A DNA stretch of 64,000 nucleotides from Nitrospirota bacterium (GCA_037441365.1 JBBISG010000001.1:18961-82960); one strand, 5' to 3'; counted from the stretch's first letter, positions 29,996-40,929 are shown. The notes: generated by a model not told the origin, from the sequence alone. Numbers and translations: made by a program.

Positions 29996-30020
29996 CCGGG
30001 GTCCCCAAAAAGGGGTGCCC
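29996..30020 (+). repeat. PE copy 8 (minimal: the two end-halves only)
   Basis: ccggggtccccaaaaaggggtgccc, abutting the stop codon of the cimA-like gene. Confidence 0.75.
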
Positions 30021-31594
30021 TATTCCCTTAAAAGCTTATACTCGATGCTGTCAACGAGGGCCTGCCATGATGCCTCTATGATATTTTCAGAGACGCCTAC
30101 AGTCCCCCATCTCCTATCCTCGTCTCCTGACTCCACAAGCACCCTCACCTTTGCCGAGGTCCCCTTGCCTGCAGTGAGGACCCTCACCTTGTAATCATGG
30201 AGCTTCACATCCCTCAGCTGGGGGTAAAACTTTTCGAGCGCCTTTCTTAGGGCATTGTCAATGGCGTTGACAGGGCCGTTTCCTATGGCAGCAGTGTGCT
30301 CGATATGACCTCCAACCTTCACCATAATGGTGGCCTCGCTTAATGATTCCTCTTTCTCCTTTCTCTTCTCTACAATCACGCGGAACCCTATAAGGTCAAA
30401 GAACCTTTTATGGAGCCCGAGGGCCTTTTTCATGAGAAGCTCAAAGGATGCCTCTGCTCCTTCGAACTGAAATCCCTGGTTTTCGAGCTCCTTTAGTTCT
30501 GTCACTATCTCCTGAACCTGGGGTGAATCTGGGTCGAGCCTTATCCCAAATTCAGACGCCTTTCTGAGGATATTGCTTTTGCCTGCAAGGTCTGATATTA
30601 AAACCCTCTGGGAGTTTCCGACGAGCTCGGGCCTTATATGTTCGTACGTCTCAGGCCTTTTTATAATTGCACTAACATGAATTCCCCCTTTATGTGCAAA
30701 GGCGCTATCGCCAACAAACGGCTGTCTCTTAAAGTGTCTGAGATTGGCTATCTCATTGATGTATCTCGAGACCTCCCTGAGCCTCCTGAGCTGCTCAGCG
30801 GTGATGACCTCAAGGCCAAGCTTCAGCTGGAGGTTCGGTATGACAGAGCAGAGATTCGCATTCCCGCACCTCTCTCCAAGCCCGTTTACTGTCCCCTGAA
30901 CGTGGGATACCCCGCATTGCACTGCAATGATGGAATTAGCAACAGCGCATTCAGAGTCGTTGTGGGCATGGATCCCGACATCAACGGACAGTGTCTTAAC
31001 GACCATCTCTGTTACAGTCCTTATCCTGTCTGGTAAAGTTCCGCCATTGGTGTCACAGAGCACAACACAGTCAGCACCTGCATCCTGGGCAGCAATGAGG
31101 CACTTCATCGAAAATTCAGGGCTGTCCCTGTATCCATCGAAGAAGTGCTCAGCATCGAAAAAGACCTTATCGGTATGTCTCTTGAGATAGGAGATCGAAT
31201 TATGTATTATCTCGATATTCTCCTCCAGAGTTATTCTCAATGCCTCCCTTACATGAAAATCCCATGTCTTACCAACGATGCAGACTGCGCTGGTCTTTGA
31301 ATTTAGGAGTGCCTTAATATTTGCATCGTCTTCAACCCTGTGCCTTGGCCTGTGGGTGCTTCCAAAGGCAACAATCCTCGCATTGTCAAGCGGGATCCTT
31401 CTCACCTTCTTAAAATATTCCACATCCTTTGGATTAGAGCCGGGCCAGCCACCCTCAATGTAATGGATGCCCAATTCATCGAGCTTCTCGGTAATCCGTA
31501 GTTTATCCTCCACAGAAAAGGATACATCCTCTGTCTGTGCCCCATCCCGGAGGGTGGTATCGTATATCTCTATCCTTCGTTCAGCCTTTTCCAT
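30020..31594 (-). CDS. cimA: Citramalate / 2-isopropylmalate synthase family (likely citramalate synthase)
   Basis: [18 protein letters not shown] and a LeuA-type C-terminal regulatory domain. The start could instead be 31645, overlapping ask. Confidence 0.8.
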   Translation of the reverse strand: MEKAERRIEIYDTTLRDGAQTEDVSFSVEDKLRITEKLDELGIHYIEGGWPGSNPKDVEYFKKVRRIPLDNARIVAFGSTHRPRHRVEDDANIKALLNSKTSAVCIVGKTWDFHVREALRITLEENIEIIHNSISYLKRHTDKVFFDAEHFFDGYRDSPEFSMKCLIAAQDAGADCVVLCDTNGGTLPDRIRTVTEMVVKTLSVDVGIHAHNDSECAVANSIIAVQCGVSHVQGTVNGLGERCGNANLCSVIPNLQLKLGLEVITAEQLRRLREVSRYINEIANLRHFKRQPFVGDSAFAHKGGIHVSAIIKRPETYEHIRPELVGNSQRVLISDLAGKSNILRKASEFGIRLDPDSPQVQEIVTELKELENQGFQFEGAEASFELLMKKALGLHKRFFDLIGFRVIVEKRKEKEESLSEATIMVKVGGHIEHTAAIGNGPVNAIDNALRKALEKFYPQLRDVKLHDYKVRVLTAGKGTSAKVRVLVESGDEDRRWGTVGVSENIIEASWQALVDSIEYKLLRE

Positions 31595-31607
31595 GTCTTG
31601 CAGGAAG

Positions 31608-32843
31608 TTATGAGGATTCCCCTGCCCCTTTATAAGCCAGGCCAAATGCCTCGTGCAGGGCCCTCACAGCAAGTTCTGTGTATTTTGACTCTATCAGGCA
31701 CGACAGCTTTATCTCTGATGTGCTGATCGCCATGATGTTTATCCCGTGCCTCGCCAGTGTCTCGAACATCAGTGCAGCAACCCCTGAATGTGTCCTCATC
31801 CCGACACCAACGATGGATATCTTTGCAATATCCTCCCTGAGGTCAACACCCCTTGCGCCGAGGTCTGCAGCTATCTGCTCTGTAAGCTTCAAGGTCTTTT
31901 TACTGTCCATTACAGGCACTGTAAAGGAGATGTCCGTGGCCTTCCCATCGCTGCTGACATTCTGGACGATCATGTCAACGACTATGTCGGCGTCAGCAAT
32001 CCCCTTGAAGAGTCTTGCTGCTATGCCAGGTCTGTCAGGAACACCCATTACAGTGATCTTTGCCTGATTCTTATCGTATGCAACCCCTGATACAGCGACC
32101 TTTTCCATGTCCTCATCCTCCTTGGTGACGAGTGTGCCGGGATTATAATTAAAGCTCGACCTCACTACCACAGGAACCTCATATTTCATTGCAAATTCGA
32201 CTGATCTTGTCTGCAATACCTTTGCCCCGAGGCTTGCCAGTTCAAGCATCTCCTCATAGGAGATCTTATCAAGCTTCCTTGCCTCAGGGACTATATTCGG
32301 GTCTGCAGTGTAAACACCGTCAACATCTGTGTATATCTCGCACAGGTCAGCCTTAAGCGCCGAGGCAATCGCAACAGCAGAGAGGTCAGAACCGCCCCTT
32401 CCGAGGGTTGTCACATCCTCTGCCTCTGATATGCCCTGAAAACCTGCTACCACAACGATATAGCCTTCATCCAATGCCCTCTTTGCCCTTTCACCTGTGA
32501 TCCTCTCTATCCGCGCCCTTGTGTGAACAGCATCTGTAACTATGCCCATCTGCCTTCCTGTAAGGGCTATCGCCTTATGACCCAGCTCTTCAATAGCCAT
32601 GGCTGTGAGGGCGCTGGTGATGCGCTCACCTGATGACAGGAGAAGGTCCATCTCCCTTTCGCTCGGATTGGAGGAGACCTGATGTGCAAGGTTTATCAAT
32701 TTATCAGTCTCCCCTGCCATTGCGGAAACGACAACCACAACCCTGTGCCCTTCCCTGGCCACATTTGAAACCCGCTCTGCGACCGCCCTGATCCTTTCCA
32801 CATCGGCAACAGATGTACCGCCATATTTCTGGACAATGAGCAT
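31608..32843 (-). CDS. Aspartate kinase
   Basis: 411 aa. VQKYGGTSV start, KFGGTS-type kinase domain and two ACT domains. Confidence 0.93.
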   Translation of the reverse strand: MLIVQKYGGTSVADVERIRAVAERVSNVAREGHRVVVVVSAMAGETDKLINLAHQVSSNPSEREMDLLLSSGERITSALTAMAIEELGHKAIALTGRQMGIVTDAVHTRARIERITGERAKRALDEGYIVVVAGFQGISEAEDVTTLGRGGSDLSAVAIASALKADLCEIYTDVDGVYTADPNIVPEARKLDKISYEEMLELASLGAKVLQTRSVEFAMKYEVPVVVRSSFNYNPGTLVTKEDEDMEKVAVSGVAYDKNQAKITVMGVPDRPGIAARLFKGIADADIVVDMIVQNVSSDGKATDISFTVPVMDSKKTLKLTEQIAADLGARGVDLREDIAKISIVGVGMRTHSGVAALMFETLARHGINIMAISTSEIKLSCLIESKYTELAVRALHEAFGLAYKGAGESS

Positions 32844-34060
32844 TAATCAAGGGCCTCCTTGATAAAGAGATCCATCAACCTGTGGCCGTCCTCGATTGTT
32901 ATTATATCTCTTCTTCCTTTGATGGACTCATCAAAGGCAATCCCCTCATTTTTCCTCTTCACGCGGCTGTCGTATATTACAAATGGAACTGGCTCATCCG
33001 TGTGGGTCCTCACCTCTATAGGTGTTGCATGGTCAGGCATTAGAAGTATGCGGTACTGCCCAAATGGCTTCAGGCCGCGTAGAATTGTGCCGACAACAAG
33101 GGCATCAAAGTCCTCTATAGCCCTGATTTTGTCCTTGTAATTCCCTGAGTGGCCTGCCTCATCAGGTGCCTCTACATGGATATACACAAAGTCAACCCTC
33201 TCGAGGGCCTGAAGGGAATACTCAGCCTTACCTGCATAGTTTGTGTCAAGATACCCTGTAACACCGGGGACCTTGAGTATCTCGAATCCTGCATATATCC
33301 CGAGTCCCTTTGTGAGGTCAACTGCAGAGACCATCGCACCGTCTATGGAATACCTGTCCCTGAATCTCGGGACCTTCGGCCTTTTGCCCTGGCCCCAGAG
33401 CCATACGCTATTTGCTGGCCTCTTGCCGCTGGCTATCCGCTCTTTGTTTATAGGGTGGTTGTTGAGGATGCCGACCGAATCCCTCATGACCCTCCTGAGC
33501 ACCTCCTCTCCCTTGCCTGTGGGAAGATAATCTGAGATGTCCTTGCCGATAATATCATGAGGGGCGGTACACTCCACATCCACCTCTCCGTTTTTCCATA
33601 CCATAAGATGCCTGTAACTGACCCCCGGGTAGAAATTGATCTCCTCTGTTGCGAGTTCCCTGTTCAGGTCTTTGATGAGCGTAGATGCCTCAGCAGTGGA
33701 TATATGTCCACCGCTATAGTCCTCCATAACTGCCCTTGTCCCTTGCCTGTAATACTTCAGCGTCACGAGATTACACCTGTAGGCAACATCCTTCTCATTA
33801 AGGTCAACCCCCATACTCGATGCCTCAAGTGGGGCCCTGCCGGTGTAATAAACCCTCGGGTCATAACCGAGAATGCTCAGGTTCGCTATGTCTGAACCAG
33901 GATGGAATCCGTGCGGGATTGTCCTGACACTTCCTAATATCCCTTCCCTTGCAAGCCTGTCCATGTTAGGGGTAAAGGCCATTTGAAGTGGCGTCTTATT
34001 GCCTAAATCCTTCAATGGCCTGTCTGCCATTCCATCGCCTATAATCACTATGTATTTCAT
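32843..34060 (-). CDS. Cofactor-independent phosphoglycerate mutase-like metalloenzyme (ApgM family; the 'proposed homoserine kinase' subgroup is plausible)
   Basis: 405 aa. [13 protein letters not shown] start and [10 protein letters not shown] motif. Sandwiched between aspartate kinase and threonine synthase with a 1-nt overlap. Confidence 0.75.
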   Translation of the reverse strand: MKYIVIIGDGMADRPLKDLGNKTPLQMAFTPNMDRLAREGILGSVRTIPHGFHPGSDIANLSILGYDPRVYYTGRAPLEASSMGVDLNEKDVAYRCNLVTLKYYRQGTRAVMEDYSGGHISTAEASTLIKDLNRELATEEINFYPGVSYRHLMVWKNGEVDVECTAPHDIIGKDISDYLPTGKGEEVLRRVMRDSVGILNNHPINKERIASGKRPANSVWLWGQGKRPKVPRFRDRYSIDGAMVSAVDLTKGLGIYAGFEILKVPGVTGYLDTNYAGKAEYSLQALERVDFVYIHVEAPDEAGHSGNYKDKIRAIEDFDALVVGTILRGLKPFGQYRILLMPDHATPIEVRTHTDEPVPFVIYDSRVKRKNEGIAFDESIKGRRDIITIEDGHRLMDLFIKEALD

Positions 34061-34115
34061 GTTCTCTGCCAGAACCTCAATCTTTAGCTTAACAGACTTT
34101 TAAAACCTATTAAAA

Positions 34116-35207
34116 CTATATTATCCCTTCGATTACCTTTGAAACTGCCTCTACCTCTGCCTTAACCTTCAATAGCCTCTTTTCAACCTTAAATACCGTG
34201 TCTGGGTCCTTCAAACCATTTCCTGTGAGGGTACAGACGACCCGACTGTTAGGTTTCAAATAGCCCTCCCTGTATAGCCTTATCACACCTGCCACAGATG
34301 CTGCAGATGCGGGTTCACAGAATATCCCCTCGGTAGACGCAACGAGGCTGTAGGCATTCAGTATCTCATCATCGGTCACAGCCTCTATCCTCCCGCCTGA
34401 CTCATCCCTTGCTTCAAGGGCAGACTTCCAGCTTGCGGGGTTACCTATTCTGATGGCGGTTGCTATGGTTTCAGGCCTTTCAACAGGATGGCCCAGAACA
34501 ATAGGCGCAGCACCTGCTGCCTGGAAACCGAGCATCCTGGGAAGGGCCTTTATAATTCCTGCATTAAAATATTCCTTAAACCCTTTCCAGTATGCCGTAA
34601 TGTTTCCTGCGTTTCCAACGGGAAGGGCATGATACTCTGGTGCAGAACCGAGCTGATCACATACCTCAAAGGCAGCCGATTTCTGGCCCTCAAGCCTGTA
34701 GGGATTGATCGAGTTTACAAGTGTGATGGGATGTCTGGTGACAAGCTCCTTCACAATATTCAATGCCTCATCAAAGTTCCTCTCGATCTGCAGGACATGG
34801 GCGCCGTGGATGAGTGCCTGGGCAAGTTTTCCAAGGGCGATCTTGCCCTCAGGGATTACCACTATGGCCTTTATTCCTGCCCTTGCTGCATATGCAGCAG
34901 CAGCGGCTGATGTATTGCCCGTAGAGGCGCATATAACCGCCTTTGAACCATCTTCTACCGCCTTAGAGATTGCAAGCGTCATCCCCCTGTCTTTAAAAGA
35001 ACCTGTAGGGTTTACACCATCAAATTTAAAATATAGATCGATGTCCATACCTGCCTTTCTCTGCAGGTTTGTTGCCTTTATAAGGGGGGTATTGCCCTCC
35101 TTCAGTGTTATAACAGGCGTTTTATCAGAAACGGGGAGAAAACGCCTGTACTCCTCTATAATACCCCTCCATGAGGCCTTTGAAGTACTGCATCGTTCGA
35201 TTTCCAT
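34116..35207 (-). CDS. thrC: Threonine synthase (short type)
   Basis: 363 aa with PLP-lysine motif GSFKDRGMT. Confidence 0.9.
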   Translation of the reverse strand: MEIERCSTSKASWRGIIEEYRRFLPVSDKTPVITLKEGNTPLIKATNLQRKAGMDIDLYFKFDGVNPTGSFKDRGMTLAISKAVEDGSKAVICASTGNTSAAAAAYAARAGIKAIVVIPEGKIALGKLAQALIHGAHVLQIERNFDEALNIVKELVTRHPITLVNSINPYRLEGQKSAAFEVCDQLGSAPEYHALPVGNAGNITAYWKGFKEYFNAGIIKALPRMLGFQAAGAAPIVLGHPVERPETIATAIRIGNPASWKSALEARDESGGRIEAVTDDEILNAYSLVASTEGIFCEPASAASVAGVIRLYREGYLKPNSRVVCTLTGNGLKDPDTVFKVEKRLLKVKAEVEAVSKVIEGII

Positions 35208-35232
35208 TTACCTCTCTCTACTGTCGCACTAT

Positions 35233-35469
35233 TTATTCTATGACATCGCCTTCTACGAGCTCCACATCTACGCCCTGATCTTTTAAGGACTGGATGCCTT
35301 TTTCGAGGTTCTCCTCGGTTCCCTCCAGTTCAAGCACCATCTCACCGACCGTCTCTGTGACCCTTGCCCGCCTTATGTTGGGCATGACATCGAATCTCTT
35401 CGCCATTGTGAAGATCACAGGTTCCTTGATGAGATGCTGCGGAAAGGTCAATTTAACGCGCTTCTTCAT
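35233..35469 (-). CDS. NIL-domain protein
   Basis: 78 aa resembling the MetN C-terminal NIL domain (PVI...NI..A.V......G.MV.EL.G). Confidence 0.6.
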   Translation of the reverse strand: MKKRVKLTFPQHLIKEPVIFTMAKRFDVMPNIRRARVTETVGEMVLELEGTEENLEKGIQSLKDQGVDVELVEGDVIE

Positions 35470-35545
35470 AAAACCTCCTCTTTCGATTGCTGATTTTCAA
35501 TCTTACTGATAAAATCCGCATTCCGAAATCCACAATCCAGAATTC

Positions 35546-35821
35546 TCATCTGCCTCCGGCTATAGCAGGGACTATCGAAACCTCATCGCCATCCTTAACC
35601 ACGGTGTCCTCTGCCTTGAGAAACCTTATGTCCTCCTCATTGACATAGATGTTTACAAACCTCCTCACCTTACCTCCCTCAGAGATCCTCTCTCCAATAC
35701 CGGGGAACCTTTTATCGAGGTCTGTGATTAGTTCCATTATCGTGCCTGGCGCACCTTCCACTTCCTCTTTCCCCTGGGTCAATCTCTGTAACGGTGTTGG
35801 TATCCTCACCTTTACTGCCAT
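35546..35821 (-). CDS. MoaD/ThiS-family sulfur-carrier protein with C-terminal GG-R
   Basis: 91 aa beta-grasp-like protein ending ...VPAIAGGR. Its start overlaps the upstream ThrC-like stop by 10 nt. Confidence 0.75.
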   Translation of the reverse strand: MAVKVRIPTPLQRLTQGKEEVEGAPGTIMELITDLDKRFPGIGERISEGGKVRRFVNIYVNEEDIRFLKAEDTVVKDGDEVSIVPAIAGGR

Positions 35822-37062
35822 TTTTTACCTCCTCTCCTCATCACTTCTTCAAATGCATCGATATTCGGCTTTATGCGGTACACCTCTGCTGTATGGCCTG
35901 CAAGCGCCTCCTGCGTCTTGAGCCCATTGCCTGTGACACATATCACAGTGCTTTCATCCCTCTGTATCTTTCCTGCCTCAATAAGCTTCTTTGTGCATGC
36001 AAGGGTAACGCCACCTGCTGTCTCTGCAAAGATACCTTCTGTCTTCGCTAGCAGCTTTATGCCATCAATTATCTCTTCGTCAGATACATCCTCACCATCG
36101 CCGCCTGCCTCCTTTACGGCCTGGACAGCATAGTAGCCATCTGCTGGATTGCCTATTGCAAGTGACTTTGCTATTGTATCAGGCCGAACAGGCCTTATCA
36201 CATCCGTTCCCATCTTTATGGCGGTGGATATAGGGGAACAGCCCGTGGCCTGAGCAGCAAAGACTTTTGTCCTGATCTCCTTCAATATCCCGATCTCCTT
36301 AAACTCCTTAAATGCCTTCCACACCTTTGTCAATAACGAACCGCTGGCGCAGGGCACAACAACATTATCAGGCGCCCTCCATCCCAATTGCTCTATAATC
36401 TCAAATCCCAGTGTCTTTGAACCCTCTGCATAAAATGGCCTGATGTTTATGTTGACAAAGGCCCATCTGTATCTGTTGGCTATCTCGCTGCAGAGCCTGT
36501 TGACCTCATCATAATTTCCATCAACAGCCACAAGGTTCGGTTCGTACACGAGGGATGCAACGATCTTGCTCGGCTCCAGCGAGGCAGGTATGAAGACAAA
36601 CCTCTTGAAGCCAGCCTTTGCACCGTGGGCAGAAACAGAATGGGCAAGATTACCTGTAGAGGCACATGCAACAGTATCGAATCCGAACTCCCTTGCCTTT
36701 GTAAGTGCAACGGCCACAACCCTATCCTTAAACGACAGTGTGGGGTGGGCTACTGTGTCATCCTTTATATATAACTCTTTAACACCAAGCTCCCTTGCAA
36801 GGTTATCAGCCCTTATCAGGGGAGTAAATCCTGACTTTAAACCGGCCTGAGGCTCTCCATCTACAGGGAGGAGTTCTGCATATCGCCAGAGGTTCTTTTC
36901 CCTTTTCTCGATATTCCTTCTTGTCAGCACGCGCTTTATCTTTTTGTAATCATAAACAACCTCCAGAGGGCCAAAACAGAACTCACATACATATATCGGC
37001 TCAACGGGATATTCCCTGCCACACTCCCTACATCTAAGACCACTTACATATCCCATAAGCAC
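35812..37062 (-). CDS. Threonine-synthase-like PLP enzyme with N-terminal zinc ribbon
   Basis: 416 aa. CRECG...CEFC ribbon, PLP-Lys motif LSFKDRVVA, GGAGG RBS. Confidence 0.8.
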   Translation of the reverse strand: MLMGYVSGLRCRECGREYPVEPIYVCEFCFGPLEVVYDYKKIKRVLTRRNIEKREKNLWRYAELLPVDGEPQAGLKSGFTPLIRADNLARELGVKELYIKDDTVAHPTLSFKDRVVAVALTKAREFGFDTVACASTGNLAHSVSAHGAKAGFKRFVFIPASLEPSKIVASLVYEPNLVAVDGNYDEVNRLCSEIANRYRWAFVNINIRPFYAEGSKTLGFEIIEQLGWRAPDNVVVPCASGSLLTKVWKAFKEFKEIGILKEIRTKVFAAQATGCSPISTAIKMGTDVIRPVRPDTIAKSLAIGNPADGYYAVQAVKEAGGDGEDVSDEEIIDGIKLLAKTEGIFAETAGGVTLACTKKLIEAGKIQRDESTVICVTGNGLKTQEALAGHTAEVYRIKPNIDAFEEVMRRGGKKWQ

Positions 37063-37347
37063 CTCCTGCCGTGTCTATGTCTATGTGTATGTGTATGTGC
37101 TTTTCACTTTCACTTACACTTACACTCAAAGGGGCGTAGCCCCTTTAAACCCCCGATATGGGATTTTCGGCATTGGGAATTTGGGCCCGAAATCCGAATT
37201 CGGGGAGTTTGAGGGACAAAGTCCCTCAAATGAGATACTATTTTACTCTAAACGGGTGACAAATTTAAATAGACAGGACCATCTACAGGACAGATATTAC
37301 AGACAAACAGACATACAGTCTGTCGTCTGAAGGTCTGAAAGTCTGGG

Positions 37348-38601
37348 CTAAAACAACTCCACCACTACGCCTTCTCCATCCTCTATACCCCGCACCTCGG
37401 GGGGGATCACGACCGTCCCGTCAGCCATGACGAGTGTCCTTATGAGGCCTGACTTTCCAAGCACAGGTATCGCCCATAACTCTCCATCCCTCTCTTCAAT
37501 GGCGACCCTCACATGTTCTTCCCTCCCGTGGCTTGAGGAGATATTTCGTGCCATCCTTGCCTTGACGGTTCTTTTTCTGGGCAGATATGCCTTCTCGATG
37601 ACCCCTGTCAATGACTTCAGGACTGGTTTTACAAACAGGTCGAAGCAGACCGTGACTGCTGCTGGATGTCCTGGGAGTCCAAAGACAGGGGTACCATTCA
37701 CGATCCCACCAATCGTAGGTTTTCCGGGCTTTAAGGCCACGCCATGGAATAAAACACCTGGCGAGCCGAGGCCATCAATAACCTTCGATGTCAAGTCCTT
37801 CATTCCTATGGAGCTCCCACCAGTGATGATGACCATGTCAGAGTCATTCAGGGACTCTTTAACAACCGCCCTTATTTCTTCATATACATCCCTGAATATC
37901 CCCTTTCTTATCGGTTTGCCGCCATTTTCGATTATCAGGCCTGCAAGGTTGTAAGAGTTTACATCACGCACCTGGCCAGGCCTGAGGAGGCTATCGGCAG
38001 GGACTATCTCATCCCCTGTGGAGATGATAGATACCCTGGGTTTCTCATAAACCTTTACCTTTGTTATCCCTGCGGCAGCAAGGGCCGCCACATCCTGAGG
38101 CCTGAGGGTATGGCCCATCTTTAATATCGTCTCCCCCTTTTTTACATCCTCGCCTGCTGAGATGACATTCTCCCCGGGGGCAACAGGCTTCAATACCTCG
38201 ATAAGGCTGTCATTGACATATTGGACATGCTCAAGCATCAGGACGGCATCAGCACCCACCGGAAGCATCCCTCCAGTTGCTATCTTTGCTGCTGAACCCT
38301 TTTTCACTCTGAAGATAGGCTCTTCACCCATTGAAATCTCATGTGTGACATACAGATATGAAGGGAGGCCCTCTGTTGCACCAAATGTATCGGTTGAGTC
38401 TACAGCAAACCCATCAACGGTTGAACGTGAGAAGGCAGGCACATCTTCGGGGGAAAGTATATCCTCGGCAAGAACCCTCTTATACGATTCATCAATTGCG
38501 ACTGTTATGCCCTGCGGTTTCTTGGGCACCAGATGCTCAGACATAAGGCCCTGTGCCTCTCTGACAGAGATTGCATCCTCTCTTCCGAGCATGTCACGCA
38601 T
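37348..38601 (-). CDS. moeA: Molybdopterin molybdenumtransferase
   Basis: 417 aa with the MoeA four-domain pattern (STGDEI, TGGSSIG motifs). Confidence 0.9.
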   Translation of the reverse strand: MRDMLGREDAISVREAQGLMSEHLVPKKPQGITVAIDESYKRVLAEDILSPEDVPAFSRSTVDGFAVDSTDTFGATEGLPSYLYVTHEISMGEEPIFRVKKGSAAKIATGGMLPVGADAVLMLEHVQYVNDSLIEVLKPVAPGENVISAGEDVKKGETILKMGHTLRPQDVAALAAAGITKVKVYEKPRVSIISTGDEIVPADSLLRPGQVRDVNSYNLAGLIIENGGKPIRKGIFRDVYEEIRAVVKESLNDSDMVIITGGSSIGMKDLTSKVIDGLGSPGVLFHGVALKPGKPTIGGIVNGTPVFGLPGHPAAVTVCFDLFVKPVLKSLTGVIEKAYLPRKRTVKARMARNISSSHGREEHVRVAIEERDGELWAIPVLGKSGLIRTLVMADGTVVIPPEVRGIEDGEGVVVELF

Positions 38602-38630
38602 ATCCGATTACAGGTTCGCGATGGGGGATA

Positions 38631-38680
38631 GGGCACCCCAAAAAGTCTCCGACACTGTTACCCCTTTTTGGGGACCCCGG
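38631..38680 (-). repeat. PE copy 9 (intermediate composite)
   Basis: Its reverse complement equals copy 3 minus the internal 28 nt. Lies in the spacer between the PLC-like gene and moeA. Confidence 0.85.
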
Positions 38681-38695
38681 TTGTGTAGTGTTTTA

Positions 38696-39430
38696 TCATC
38701 TTATGCCCGCCATCGGACTTTCCTTCATCACCTCTGAGGTCTTGCCCTTACAGAGGATATCGACAATCCTGTCAATGGATTCATCATGTAGCTGCATGAT
38801 GCTCCCCCTGGTGGGGATTGACAGCCCTGTGGCATTCCTGTGGAGGTAATCACCTATCCTCTCCTGATTAAAACATGACAGGAAGAGCATACCCTTGAAT
38901 ATCCTCTTGTTCGTCTTGAATGAGAAGATAAGGCTGTCGAGTGACCTTTCAAGAAAGGTATCGTTTCTCTGCTGGACGTTTCTGTCTATGCTCATTGCCT
39001 GAAGCCAGTATTTCCTGTCAATTATGCTGTCTGCCCTCAATTCGACGAGCGTGTGTCCGATGTTTTTTCTGTTACCCATGAACCTTCCGTGAGCAACAGT
39101 GTCTGCTGCAAGATGGCTCATATACCCGTAGACAAAGGCCCTCTGCTGCGGGGTCTTCGCAGATTCAAGGAGGTTCAATGCTGTGTCCCAGCTATGCGGG
39201 TTTTTGTCTTCCGGCAGGAATTTCTTGCCGATTATAATATCGGCCATGAGATTGCCGTAAAGGAAGTCATGTCTGTACTTCCTGAGCAGGGCATAGATCG
39301 TCGCCGGCAAAAAAGGTCCGAGTGAGAATATCTCGCTGCCGAGATAAATGTGGGTTAGCGGCCCCCATGCGAGTGCAAGGGAGGGCACCAGAAGGATAGA
39401 CAGGATTATTAGCAATTTAAAGATTTTCAT
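38696..39430 (-). CDS. Zinc-dependent phospholipase C-like family protein (secreted)
   Basis: Signal peptide MKIFKLLIILSILLVPSLALAWG followed directly by the W-x-x-x-T-H motif. The start at 39430 overlaps the pepA stop (ATGA). Confidence 0.55.
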   Translation of the reverse strand: MKIFKLLIILSILLVPSLALAWGPLTHIYLGSEIFSLGPFLPATIYALLRKYRHDFLYGNLMADIIIGKKFLPEDKNPHSWDTALNLLESAKTPQQRAFVYGYMSHLAADTVAHGRFMGNRKNIGHTLVELRADSIIDRKYWLQAMSIDRNVQQRNDTFLERSLDSLIFSFKTNKRIFKGMLFLSCFNQERIGDYLHRNATGLSIPTRGSIMQLHDESIDRIVDILCKGKTSEVMKESPMAGIR

Positions 39431-40881
39431 ATCTCCCTCAGAAGATTTAATAAAAGCCTCACACCTATGCCTGTAGCACCCCTTGGGATATATGGTTTTT
39501 CCTTTTCGGCCCAGGCAGTCCCTGCAATATCGAGATGGACCCATGGTGTGTCCCCTGCAAATTCCCTCAGGAAATACGCTGCTGTCACAAGGGAACCCGT
39601 CTTACCACCTGTGTTTTTAATGTCAGCAATGTCGCTCTTCAGGTATTCCCTGTATTCATCATAGAGGGGCATCTGCCAGACCCTCTCATAGGTTTCATCC
39701 CCTATAGACCTTAGTTTATCCATCAATCCCCTATCATTGCCCATCATGGCGATTGCCTCACTGCCGAGTGCAACGGAGCATGCACCCGTTAGTGTGGCTA
39801 TGTCTATTATAACCCGTGGCCTGAATTTTTTCGCATATCCTATGGCATCTGCAAGGGCGAGCCTTCCTTCGGCATCGGTATTTATAATCTCAACCGTCTT
39901 GCCGTTAATGGTCTTCACGATATCGCCGGGTTTTGATGCGGTGCCACCTGGCAGGTTTTCGGCTGCAGGCAGTATGCCGATAAGATTGATGGGGAGTTCA
40001 TATTCAGATGCCACCTTTATTACAGCAAGGACAACGGCCCCGCCTGCCATGTCATATTTCATCTTCTCCATTCCTTCAGACGGCTTTATCGATATTCCAC
40101 CGCTGTCAAAGGTGATGGATTTGCCTATAAGGGCAATCGGCGGGCCATTACCGCCGTTGTATCTCAGGACAACGAATTTAGGCGGCTCCATAGAGCCCCT
40201 TGCCACTGATAGATATGCCCCCATGCCTTCCCTTTCAGCATCCTCTCTTTCGAGAATCTCGACTGAGACCTTATCTTTTGCAAGACCCCTCGCAATCTCT
40301 GACAGGGCGGTCGGGGTCATATCATTCGATGGTGTGTTTACCATGTCCCGTGCAAAATTGACTCCCAGGGAGACCGCCTCTATCCACCTGATGGGCCTAT
40401 CGAGATCTTCAACCCTTCCCAGCACTGTCAGCTTCTCAATGCCCCCTTCTGTATCCTCCTTTCTGTACTTCTTGAACTTATAGAGCGACAGCAGGATCCC
40501 TTCAATAAATACTGTTGGTGAATGCATTAAGGAAGCTATGTAGCGGGTCGAAAGAGAGACGCCTTTGAACCCCAGACTGTCGAGGTATGACGCAGCCTTT
40601 CCCCCTGCCTGCCTGATACCTTCTCCCGTCATCTCTGCCCTTTTGCCAAGGCCTATAAGCAGGATCCTCCTCGGGCCTATTATATCATCAGGTGTGTGTA
40701 AGAGCGCGATCTGATTGTGCCTGCCTTCGAATTCCCTTGAGGACATAACCCTGCCGATGAGGCCACTCAGGGCAGAGTCAATATCCCTGTAAGGAATCGG
40801 TCCTTCGCCTTCGCACAATGGAAGGATAAGGGCGTCGGTAATGCACTCGATCTCTTTTATGTCCGTTATGACAATTTCCAT
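39427..40881 (-). CDS. pepA: Leucyl aminopeptidase (M17)
   Basis: NTDAEGRL motif and VGKGITFDSGG-like block (IGKSITFDSGG). Start taken at ATG 40881. Confidence 0.9.
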   Translation of the reverse strand: MEIVITDIKEIECITDALILPLCEGEGPIPYRDIDSALSGLIGRVMSSREFEGRHNQIALLHTPDDIIGPRRILLIGLGKRAEMTGEGIRQAGGKAASYLDSLGFKGVSLSTRYIASLMHSPTVFIEGILLSLYKFKKYRKEDTEGGIEKLTVLGRVEDLDRPIRWIEAVSLGVNFARDMVNTPSNDMTPTALSEIARGLAKDKVSVEILEREDAEREGMGAYLSVARGSMEPPKFVVLRYNGGNGPPIALIGKSITFDSGGISIKPSEGMEKMKYDMAGGAVVLAVIKVASEYELPINLIGILPAAENLPGGTASKPGDIVKTINGKTVEIINTDAEGRLALADAIGYAKKFRPRVIIDIATLTGACSVALGSEAIAMMGNDRGLMDKLRSIGDETYERVWQMPLYDEYREYLKSDIADIKNTGGKTGSLVTAAYFLREFAGDTPWVHLDIAGTAWAEKEKPYIPRGATGIGVRLLLNLLREI

Positions 40882-40929
40882 AAAAAGATAGAAAATTGAA
40901 AATCTCTCCGTCACACACACCTTTTTTGA

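Noticed and set aside
37063-37347. SAM riboswitch or T-box upstream of the ThrC-like/sulfur-carrier genes
   Set aside because: Hairpins are present, but I could not find the conserved SAM-I/SAM-II cores or a T-box sequence. It is kept only as an unexplained structured region.
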